DNA from: Raillietiella orientalis
Taxonomy: Eukaryota
Length of the DNA: 64,000 nt
Reading direction: 5' to 3'
NCBI GenBank assembly: GCA_036172245.1
Contig: JAYWIR010000109.1
Span: forward strand, 1-64,000
Made by a program: the position numbers and the translations under genes. This document shows positions 39,801 through 50,210 of the stretch, piece after piece. Each line of letters starts with the position of its first letter. The stretch's first letter is position 1. The notes beneath the pieces are model-generated. The model was not told the origin of the DNA. It ran no database searches and saw nothing but the letters and a program-made list of their open reading frames with translations.

Positions 39801-40388
39801 GTGATTCGCCTGTCTCCTCCCACCTTCCCCTGCCCTACCCACAGTCATCCTTCTCCCCTTTGATATCGCCATCTCCCGCTCTTCTCTCTGTCTCTCCCCA
39901 CCACCACCAGCAGCACTTGTGCGCCCTTCCCACACTTTCCGCATTTCTTTCGGGCCCCGTTTTCCCAGCCTCATCGCCTTGCAGCTGTTTTTCAGGAACC
40001 GCCTTCAAGATGAGAACGCATACGTTTTCGGGGTGCGCAAGAACGCTCTCCAGATTTTCGTTCCCAAATACGGGCTGGAAGGACTGTTATTCCTGGATGC
40101 TCCTGAGGGAGGCGGCGGCGCGGCAGGGGCACCGGTCTTCGTCTTTGACGAGGACGAGCCTTCCCAGCGTTGTGGCGATGTCGTTTTCCGACTCTTCGAG
40201 CCGCTGCGCGTGCAGCTGAGCATCAAGACTTCGGACACGGGCATTCAGAAGCTGGTGGTGCAGCTGGTCGATCCGGAGGTAGGAGGAGGTTCGGAGCCAG
40301 GTGGAATACATCTGCCGCCGCTTTCCAGATCGAACGCTTCAGCGTGGAGCCCGCAAGCAACTCCCAGAAGAGGCAGAGGCTGTCGTAG
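33881..40388 (+). CDS. DIS3: Exosome catalytic subunit DIS3/RRP44, ~949 aa. Exons 33881-34099, 34145-34302, 34350-34540, 34588-34826, 34864-34993, 35038-35318, 35364-35510, 38542-38779, 38843-38966, 39028-39796, 39985-40278, 40329-40388
   Basis: MLTTKTFMRKTRRGNVLKIVREHYLR; CR3 cysteine motif; PIN motifs LDTNV, DRNDRAIR, LLTND; RNB motifs SVDPPGCVDIDDALH, GVHIADV, NSLVEEFMLLAN, HYGLA..YTHFTSPIRRYAD. All 11 GT-AG junctions are phase-consistent and total 2850 nt. Confidence 0.97.
35525..35530 (-). promoter_or_regulatory. Poly(A) signal AATAAA of the nested gene
   Basis: tttatt on the plus strand, about 8 nt past the nested gene's TAA. Confidence 0.65.
35538..37332 (-). CDS. Nested antisense gene in DIS3 intron 7; uncharacterised ~535 aa protein with a central helical/coiled-coil-like region and a Ser/Asn/Pro-rich tail. 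Exons 37332-37200, 37158-36980, 36919-36624, 36581-36418, 36373-35538
   Basis: Four GT-AG introns (41, 60, 42, 44 nt) join five ORF pieces into a stop-free 1608-nt frame. Intron 2 has a TACTAAT branch-like site. The start exon is the least certain part. Confidence 0.8.
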
Positions 40389-40452
40389 ACTCCGTTCGTC
40401 TACCGCCCGTATCGGGACAGCTTCTTACCCGAAAGCCCTTTCTGATCCTTTC

Positions 40453-40458
40453 AATAAA
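40453..40458 (+). promoter_or_regulatory. Poly(A) signal AATAAA of DIS3
   Basis: AATAAA ~65 nt after the TAG stop. Confidence 0.75.
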
Positions 40459-43400
40459 GCTGGCTTCGGGGGGCGGCCGTCTGACGTGTGCATGCACACT
40501 TGCCGACCGCCGCATGCGGGCCTCCCGGATTTCAAGACGGTGGAGGCGGAGACTGTGAGGGCGCGAGGTGCACCCGTGTTGCTTCCTGGGTTTGCGCCCG
40601 GGACGGAGGATGTTCGCGCGGACAGCAGCAGGTGTGACCGACCGGATCCGGCGAAGATGGGCACGGAATCCCACTCACTCTCCCTCATTCCGGACCCGTT
40701 TTCCCGGCACCGTGGGAGGGCAGTAAAGAAAGCGGAGGAGCACGCGATGAGTGGGCAAGGTTCGATTGGTTCCTTGCGTATCCTCGGGTGCAGCGGGCGT
40801 GGACGGGAGCACGGTGTCAGCATCCCCGTTGCTGCCGCTTACCCCGTGTTCGCCTGTCAGCGTTCCCCGCAGGGGACGGTCGTTGTGGTCTGTTTTCCCG
40901 GGGTGTCACTGAACGAACTGAGGGTCCGTCCAGAGGCAGCTGCGGAGTAGTGCACACGGTTTGCGAATGGGTAGAGAAACTCTTTCCGGTTTGGTAGGCA
41001 TTCTCCGCTCTTGGAGGGCATCGTGGCGACAGCGCGATCGCCATTTTTTCCTTGTTAATCGTGGTGGCGGTCGTTGTGAAGGCAGGGTGGATGCACGTGG
41101 TGGTCGTAGGTGGCTTTCCCTAGGTGGGCCGCTGGTTGTGTGTGATAGGGCAGCGCGCGAACGAGTCTGCATCGCAACAAGAAAGAAACTTGGGTGGTGG
41201 ATGTCGATGATTTTGCGCAGGGCATGGCTTCTCCAGACTAGACGAAGGTGAGTTTGCAACGGTGCCTGCAGAGACTTTCGTATCCTTGCGCCAACTTTTG
41301 AAGGCTCTGAAAATTGGCATCACGGATGCGGAGCTACGGAAGTGTTTCCCTGTTTCATCTGCACATCTTCAATGGAAGATGGAAATACTGAAAAGGAAGC
41401 GTGCACAGAGTGGGAGCAAAGAGCACTTGCGAATTGCACGTTACGAGTGTGATTTATAGCTGGGCTGGGCTGGGCGAGCCTCAGGTTTGTGTTGTTTCTT
41501 GCGGCAGTTGCAGTCTTTCTGCACCCAGCACCACACACCAGGACAGCGCCAAGCCGTGTTGCCCCCTTCAATACGTTCGTTTTCCCCGATCGTTGTGCAT
41601 ATTGCCACTTAAATCCATTCATGGCTGTAGGGTTTTCGGCAGCGTGCGCAGCTCTGGAGTTTTGAGCCTACGAGCAATTCGTGGCAATGCTGACACCTAA
41701 CTCTACCTCGCATAGCGTGATCTTATGAATTGCAGTGGAGGTTAAGACCCGTCGGTCCATGCTTTTAAATGGTCGAGATCGCGTTGACTGGTTTTCGTAT
41801 GACTTGTGCAACTGCCATTCTCTCTGCTTTCCTTACCCGTACCAAGGCTGCGAGGGAAGACTGCCGTGACGCGAAACAATACTAAAGCAACTGGTTGATG
41901 ACTTTAATCACCATTTTGTGGCTGTGAGTAGTAGAAACGCCATTTCTTGCCGTCGCTCAACTGGCAAGCAGCGTCTTCCAGGAGCATCCACTTCGAATTG
42001 TTAAGAACGTTTTGTCAAAAGCAAAAAAAGCTGAACTTCCCTGCCATTGTGTAGGCGAAGTTCTGCCCAACGCATCTCATGAACATGTTTACTACACTCT
42101 CGGACTGATAGGTAGCATTGGAGTTTCCTTGGGCACAGGACGGGAAAGAGCTTTGGTGCAGAAGAGAACGTTACGAGCACTCTTTACCAGCAAGTACTTC
42201 AGTGACAACGCGACTTCAGAACCGTGGCCGTTACAGGATCTTGGTGTATTTCTTTGGTGTTCAGGTAGTTCTGCGTCATGTACGAAATGTTCGCGCAACC
42301 GCAAATCCTTTCTGATTGAGGGACAAGAGGAGTTGAGTTCCTCTCGGCGTTACTAACTTGTGGAGAATCCCAAGCCCAGCACAGTGGGAAGACCACACGA
42401 AGCTGTAGAGTTTTTGGATTAGCGTGCACGCACCGTGCGGAAGAGTTCGTTGTCGCTTCGTCGCTGCCGCACGATGCGTGTACGCAAATCCAAAAACTCT
42501 GATGGAAAAGACCGAAGGCTCCCATGTGGATATCCAGGTTTGCAGAAGACAGTGAATCGTCCCTTCGCAACCGCACATCAAACTTGGGATTGCGAACGCA
42601 CACCGCAGCCCGCGCTCCATCGAAGCAGCAATCAGGAAAGCCAAAGAAGAAAAAAAAAGACTTCTCAACTGTTCTCAAGAAAAGATAAGCGTGCTGTACA
42701 CTTCGATGACAAAAACTGATCCGCCTATCCAGGGCATAAGCGAGCATGGAGTGTACTTCCTTTCACCTCGCTGTTCCTCTTTCTCCCTTCCCCTATGCTC
42801 ATTGATGCAGTTGATACGTCCACGGTGCAAGTGAGGAAACAGCTCCTCTTCGTTAAAAGAGAGACCACGAGAAATAGAAGGACCATCTTCTATTGTATGC
42901 AAGTTGTGTGCGCTCTTCGGATTCTGTTCGCCCCAAACGACAGCAATGAGCACCACTGACGTGGCACATCCGCCGATAGCAGGACTGGGTGTTTGCTTGC
43001 TGCCATTCGGGGGGGTGGGGAGCGAGGCAGAGGAGGAGGAAAGGAAAACCTAAGGTTATTCCCACACATTGTCGACCTCGCGAAGGAAATCTTCGCCAGA
43101 ATAGAAGAACTCCTTCATGCCTCCGTAGCGATGTTTGTTTTTTCTTTTTTTGGTGGGTAGCAGGTATCCTCTTTACAAGTCGCCTGCGAGCGAGCGAGTA
43201 GTCCGTGCGTGCGTGTTCGCTGCTGCCACGAATTTCTGGAAGCGCGCGATGGCGACGCGGCTGCTGCTGACGGCTTCTCTCCGTGATCCCGGGTCTCGAG
43301 AGGCACACTCGATCACGGAGCCGAACGCGCAGCGAAGCCGGGCGGGTGGTCCTTCGAGAAGGGAAGGTTCCCCTCCGTTGCCTTGGCCAGCGGAAACCTT

Positions 43401-45184
43401 CCGCGCACCGCGGTGCGAAGAGGCGACGGTTCGCCTCGACAAGCGGGGGTTACCGGAGCGTCCCCCACGGCTTTTTGTTGTTTTTCTTTCCTTAATTTTA
43501 TTTTATTTTTTTTTCCTTCCGACCTAGCTCTCAGCTGAGGGCGCATTCAAGCTCGGTTGCCTTTTCCTCTGCGGCGCCACCGAACTCAGGTGTTCGCTCT
43601 ACCCTCGATTTCATCATGCGCCCCATGTGGCATCCACCTTGCAGCCCACGCTCGCTCTGTTTGGAAACCACGGAAGGTTTTTTCCGCTTCCATGCCAACG
43701 GTTGCTTCAATGAGAAGATTAGGCTAATCTGGGAAAAACAGCTTTCCAGACTATGTGAAAGCGGCAATCGTTTTTAATGAACCAGGCTTTCGTGTCTGCC
43801 TGTGCGTTTTCCAGGAAAGCAGGCCATCCTGCAAAGCGTGCTGTTGATTAAAGATGTAGCCCGAACAGGCCGGGGACCGAAGACGCTCGATTCACGGACG
43901 GAGGGATCAAAGAACGCATTACCTCTGGTGGGAAATTTAAGTTTATGGATGGCAGCATCGGATTGTAGAGTGGAGATCCACTTTCGATGGAATGCGACTC
44001 GATGGCGCAGCTTTCGGCAGACCGAAGTCCGAAGACGAGCAGGGATGCGGTGCGCCGGACGAAGAGGAAGAACCGGGAGGCTGAAAACGTCACGAGGGAG
44101 ACGAGCGGAAGCAAGAGACTGAAGACGCAGACGGTCACATGGGAGGAGAGTTTCAAGATATGGGCGGGAAAGTGCGGCGATGGTGGGTTCGAAATGCAGC
44201 TCCGACGGGCGGGAGGGCGGAAACCTCGGGCGGGTGATGCCTCGTGAATGCGGAGTGGGGGGAGTGGCACCCACCTCCGGAAAGAGAGGTGGTCTATGCG
44301 CTGCGGATGTAGGGTCAGGAGATTTCACGTTGAAGATGCAGCGCCGATACCAATGCATCCCGTGAGCGGAAGACGTGTGTGTGTGTTGGTCTACTGCGGG
44401 GGTGAAGATGTGCGCAGGAACACCGAGGCTGAGCAGCGGGCAAGATTCGACGAACGTGGACCATGCCTGCAGGTCGATCGGAGGTGAAGAGTTCACAAAT
44501 CGATCAGCTGGCCAGCGCGGCCAGGCTGCGTACTATACAAGTCAGCTTCGGTGGATCGAGCGCTTCTCTTGTCAACGAGCGGGGAGAGACGACGGGAACC
44601 TGGAAACCGAAAACGAGACGTCAGTTCGCTGAAGGTTTCGGAACACGGGATGGGCGAATGCGGGAGGTGCGACGCAAGCGCAGAGACCCGTCGGCGGACT
44701 GTTCGGCGCGTGGAGGGTCGAACGGGGTTCAGCCTCCCAGCGATCGGCACCCCAATCCTCCTCTGAGTCCGTGTCTGCCGACGAATCCGGACAGCTGCCT
44801 ACAGCAGCCCGCCGTTCCCCCCGCCTGCCTGCCGACTCCCCGATCCGATCTGGTAAGAGGAGGAACGGCACCCAGGTGGAGTAACGGCGATATAGCTCGG
44901 CTTCCCTCTGCCCCGTCCGCCCTTCCGTGCCCTCACGTTTTCCCCAGTGGCTCCAACCCTCCCCCACGCGAGCTCTGCGAAAGGCGCGGCAGCCCGTGGG
45001 AAGTGCGACGAGCATTTCCATCCCAATCATCTCCGCCTCTTCCCCCAAAGGAACCCTTCGACCTTCCCTCGCGTTGCTTCCGTCGCTCGGGTTCGAAACG
45101 ATGCCCTTTCCGGGGGTCCGGTCGAACCCCAAAAGACAGAGAAAAATTGGCGCACGACGGAGCATTCTGCACGCATCGACACGA

Positions 45185-46600
45185 ATTTATTTCCATGTGC
45201 ACACTTATTCCTATTTAGTAACTTATTCTTAGCTGTATTACTATTGAAACAGATATATATGTATATATTTATCAAAGTTGAGTGCTACATTTTATTCGTA
45301 AAAGTGATAGGTTGATCATTAAAAATAAATGTATGTGCTTATACTGCTTGTACTGCTATATGTATTCATCTAATGAATAATATATAAGGCAATATGATAA
45401 GCATGAAGATTATAATAAGGAAACGTATGTGCTCATTTCACACGAATTAGTATTCAAATCTATTTTCATGTACATAATTATTCCTGCTTATTGACGTACG
45501 TAGTATTTACGGAAATATTATTGGTACAGATGTATGCATTAACATTTATTGGCATAAATGCTATTCATAAAAGTAATGAGCTGATTATAAAAAATAAACT
45601 TTTGTCCTTACTTGACATGGATCAATATGCAAATTCATTTTAATATGCATCGTTATTCCTATTTATTAACGTGCCTATGGTTAACGGTACTTTTATTGAA
45701 ACACATATATTTATTAAGGTCGAGTGAGATGCATTTTATCAAAATAAGTTATAAGTTGTTGATTATAATGTTGATATATACAATAAAGACCATAACAAAT
45801 AAACATATGTGCTTATTCTACATGGATTAATATACAAATTCTTTTAATGTACATAGTTGTTCACATTTATTAATGCACATATTCTTAGCAGTAATATTAT
45901 TGAAACAGATGTGTATTTTAAGATTTATTGACACACATTTTCTACTAATATAACTCATAAGTTGTTGATAATATTGTTGACATACATATTTGAGATTAAA
46001 GAAAATAAATATATATGCTCATTATATGTATTGATATATATACTTATGCAAAGATTAATACATGAATTAATATGTATCATGAAGATTATAAAAAATCAAT
46101 ATACATGCTTATTATATATAACCACATATATAGTTCTATATATTAAATGAATATATAAATATCAAGTTTTTGTAACGAAATAGTGGGAAAAAATACAAAT
46201 CCAAAGAAATAGAATAAAACAAAAAAAAGAAAATCTGATATTCATGCATTCATTAAATATATATTCCATTAAATATATACTCAATCGTAATGTACATTAA
46301 AAAACAAGGTTCTACCTATCTATGTATCTATATCTACATCTATCTACATCTATCCATCTACCTTTCTATATACGCTTCTACGTATACACTTCTATATTTA
46401 TGCACCTATAATATATGTATAATACACAATATATATAATATAGTATATACCTTTGCGCATAAATATGTATATGGAAATATAAATAAATACATATATATGT
46501 ATATATACATAATTATAAATATTGCTGCATATAACCATGTTTATTTTTTTTCTTTACTATATATACATATATATCAACACTACGATCGACAGCCTATGCA
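45185..46600. repeat. AT-rich degenerate tandem repeat (about four units of ~180-280 bp) grading into TA/TCTA simple sequence
   Basis: The motif ttattcct..att(g)aaacagat(a/g)t recurs near 45243, 45520, 45696 and 45899; aaataaa..atgtgcttat also recurs. Confidence 0.7.
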
Positions 46601-48471
46601 TATACACGCTACTGCACAACCGTGTACATTACGGTGAATTCGCACGTCCGGGTGTGCGGAGCAGCGCAGATGCGTTTGTTTTTCGTGACCTTTCGGGATT
46701 TTGATCGCGGCCGCCTTTCCGGGTTGCGGAGGGAACGCACTTCGCGGCGGCGAGGGAAAAGGCGAGGGTGGCACAGCAAACAGGATAGGGGGGGAAGCAG
46801 CCCTCTGGATGCACCCGGAGCACCTCCTGGCACGCACGCCAGAAACGGGGCGGGGCCGGCGCACCGGCCGCCGAGGGGCCGCGAGGGACTCTGCCTGCGC
46901 CGCCCCCATCCTTGCCCGGCCCCCCTTGCCCAGTGCCCCCTCACAGCTTCTTCCACCTCCCGCTCCTCTTGCTGCCAGCGGTCGCTGCGGGCGCCCGAGG
47001 GTGCCCAGACGTGCCCGAGGGTCACCCGAGCGCCGGACGCAGCTCACCCCTTCGCCGCAGGGAGGGCACCACCTCCGGAACGTGGGTTTCTTGCGCATCG
47101 GGGGGATGGGCGGCTGAGGTTGAGGTGAGAGACCTTGGTGGGGGCAGAGGGGGCTGAACAGCTTAACGTTGCGTGCGCGGTTGCGTGGTGACGGGGGATG
47201 TTTCCTTGGCTCCGTTACCGCACGTTCATCAACGCGCGTTAGGCGGTTCCATTGCTCCAAGGCGATTCTTTTTTATTTTTTTCGTTTATTTGTTGTGGGG
47301 TGTGGGGTGTTTGCCCGATGAGATGCGGGGGGGGGAGCTCGGGGGAGGAATTACGGGCACAGAGCCAAGTGTTGGAAATGGGACACTGAGATAGATACGT
47401 TTAATCAATCGGTTGCCATTTGATTTACGTCACCTCTGGAAAGGAATGTAGCGTTTCTCATAATCCTCCGGGAGAGTTGCATAACGATTTGATTTACGGA
47501 TACCAAAGATATGCGGAACGTAACGGAATGGGACAGGTCGGATGGTGTGCCCTGCAAAACGATAGGGGAAGAAGGACATTGAAAAAAACAAACAAACACA
47601 TTGATTTTTTGAAGTTGTTGAAGACCAGCTAAGGAGAATGCGATCGCTTGGGTTGCAGCTTTTCACTCTTTGCACACGATGTAAATTAAAAATCATTTAA
47701 TGTAAAGTGAACTGAAAATTGAGATTGCCTCTTTTTTGCGTTGGATTGTTCGTTTGTTTCACTTTTGTGTATAAAAGTCGAGGGTTCGTTTAATGGGAAT
47801 ACTTCGCTTAAGGAAGGAGAAAAGGTTCTTAATGCGTCAATCAACATGGCGGGGCAGGAAAAGCTAAATTTAGGATTTAATTGTGCTTAGTCTGCTTGCT
47901 AGAAAGGGAGACCAAACGGTGAAACCGGCCATTTCCTCCGGCAAAATAAGAACGACTATCGTTGCTGCCGCGGCCAGACTGGGGTTTGGCTGTACGCGTA
48001 CGATTCCACGGTGGCCCGTGCACACGACCTCAGGTCAGGTCACTTGGATTTGTGGTTGCCTCCGCCCAGTTTTCACAGCAAGGGAACGGCGCGTCGTCTC
48101 GGCTTGATGAGAGCAAGGGAACCTTCCTTGACCCTCGGTAACGGTAAGTTCACTGCAAGGGCGCGTGCGAAGGGAGCGTACGTGACCGGGGCGTGTGGCG
48201 GTCGACACGTGCCGCGTGACACCTTCGAAGTGGCCGGGCGCGCGTGCACCCCGCGTACGCGTGGAAGGTGCGAGGCGCGGAGGATAAGGGACAAAGGATG
48301 GCGCCATAGCAGACGGGGAAGGGCGGGAAGAGGAACTCGGGGTCACACTGCGATCTGGGAGGCATGGAAGTGCTCGGAACGGGCTACATGGATCTCGACG
48401 ACGCCTCTCGAGGGCGTCTCCGTCCTGCGGCGCACCCGCTGGTGCTCTCGGGGCGCGCACGAGAACGCCGA

Positions 48472-48583
48472 TTGAGGGAACCCGACGGCCCCGAAAGTGG
48501 GCGCCGACCAGCCACCATCGTCTCGCCAGTTTCCCTGAGAGGGAGAAGGTCGGGAACTCCGGTCCGGCAGCACTGACCGGGGC
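48472..48583 (-). repeat. Left arm of a ~112 bp inverted repeat (partner 50006-50116)
   Basis: Reverse complement matches 50006-50116 with about 8 differences by manual alignment; the inner 43 nt are identical. Confidence 0.92.
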
Positions 48584-49789
48584 CTCCGCTCGCCGCTACC
48601 GAAGACAGCAAGCTCCAAGCCGCCCCAGCGGATGACTGGTGAGGAGGAGGAAAGAACAGCCAGGTCCCGGCCGTAGTTGCAGTGCGCAGCCTTCGCCTTT
48701 TCTCCCGATCGTCCCGAAAGGAGGGGCATGCCGCGGGATGGCTCGCGAGGGGAAATTCAAGGGGAGCCAACCCTAAGGCCGTCGCTATAACGCGTAGGCG
48801 CCTGAGGTGTGCAACTGGCGAAGAGGACGACTTCGGAGCGTTGTGCGATCTCACGGGGGAAGAGAGGGGAAAGGGCGTTCTAAGAGAGCCTTCGGAGAAG
48901 CGCGGGTCGAGACATGACCGACGAACCCGAAGGTTCTCGGGACTACCTGCGAGGTGGATGCCGAGACCACATGGAGTCCAGCGCGCGGCCTATCCTCTTG
49001 GCCCGAAGGACTCGTGGTGAGGGAGGGAAGTTCGCTCGACCAGACTCGTCGCAGCTCCGCGCCCCGTCGCGCCGGGACGTTCGTTCTGACCAGAAAACGT
49101 ACGTTGGCGTGTCCTGGGAGAACGAGCCAAGGAGCGCCTACACGCAGGTCGGCAGCTGGGCGGAAGGCGGGCGCAGTGAGGAGGACTGCGGGGGGGAACA
49201 GAATGCAAAGGGGATGCCGTCTCCGGGACAAATGGGGAGGGGTGGAAAGCGACGATCGCCAGACTTCTGTCCTACTGCGCCTTCCTTATGGTCTCCCCGC
49301 AATCCGAGCTTCATCCTTCTCGACTTGGGAGGGGAACTGGGACTACCTTGCCTCCCTCCTCGTCATGGGTCAGGATAAAGTGAGTCCCCTTGCTCCGGTG
49401 CGGCCGCTGCTCCATCTCTTGTGCGAGTCGCGGCCTCCGCTCGGGTGCGGCGTAGCATCTCTGGCGGCCCGTGCGGTCGAGAGCCCCTATGTCGTGCAAG
49501 AAACGCCTCAGGAGCTGCTGCTGAAGGAAGTCCCCCGGATGCAGGAGGGCTGCTGCCACTGGCCGCCACCCTTTGGGGAGGGACTAACAGTCCAGAGGCA
49601 GGTTCGGAGTCTACTCCATCGCCCGGTGCGCCCGGTGCACAGTTCGTGGACGAGTTCCCTCCTGTCAGGTGGTGCCGGCGTCGCTCACACGGGAGACTCC
49701 AGAGCAGGAAGGGAGTCGCTGCGTTCTGTCACCGGAAGAGGGAACTGTCCAAGAGGTAATGCACCGAAGTGGAAGTGAATTCTGTCCGT

Positions 49790-50210
49790 CCATCAGCTCA
49801 TCGATGAAGATGTGAACAGTGTCTGCCCGCAGGTGCAACAATAGAAATGTGGGCAGTGTCTGTCCACCAGTGCAACGATATGGATGTAGACATGTCAACC
49901 AGTGCGTCGATGGGAATGTGGACAGTATCTGCTCCCCAGAGAATCGATGGGGAGGTGGCGTCTCCGGGACAAATGGGGTGTTAACAAATGGGGTCGGACA
50001 ATGGCGCCCCGGTCAGTGCTGCCGGACCGGAGTTCCCGACCTTCTCCCACTCAGGAAGACTGGCGAGACGATGGCGGCTGGACGGCGCCCACCTTCGGGC
50101 CGTCGGGTTCGCTCAACTATCTGTTCATCTACACATCGAGGTAGATGTGGACAGTGTCTGTCCACCAGAGCATCGCTGGGGATGTCGGAACTGCCTGCTC
50201 ACCAGTGAGC
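49790..50210 (+). repeat. Degenerate ~32-37 bp minisatellite (gatgtggacagtgtctgtccaccagtgcatcgat-like), interrupted by the right inverted-repeat arm
   Basis: About four units at 49790-49955 and one or two more at 50135-50210. Confidence 0.75.
50006..50116 (+). repeat. Right arm of the ~112 bp inverted repeat
   Basis: gccccggtcagtgctgccggaccggagttcccgaccttctccc...gtcgggttcgctcaa. Confidence 0.92.

Noticed and set aside
39919..40950. 343 aa ORF as a separate gene or extended DIS3 C-terminus
   Set aside because: It is DIS3 exon 11 read through a 50-nt intron; the spliced end (stop 40388, AATAAA 40453) fits DIS3 better.
50006..50116. Possible HDV-like or hammerhead ribozyme in the inverted-repeat arm
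   Set aside because: No CUGANGA/GAAA core, and I could not build the HDV nested double pseudoknot by eye.
49790..50210. CRISPR-like periodicity
   Set aside because: Units are degenerate and adjacent with no unique spacers, there are no cas genes, and the context is eukaryotic; it is a minisatellite.
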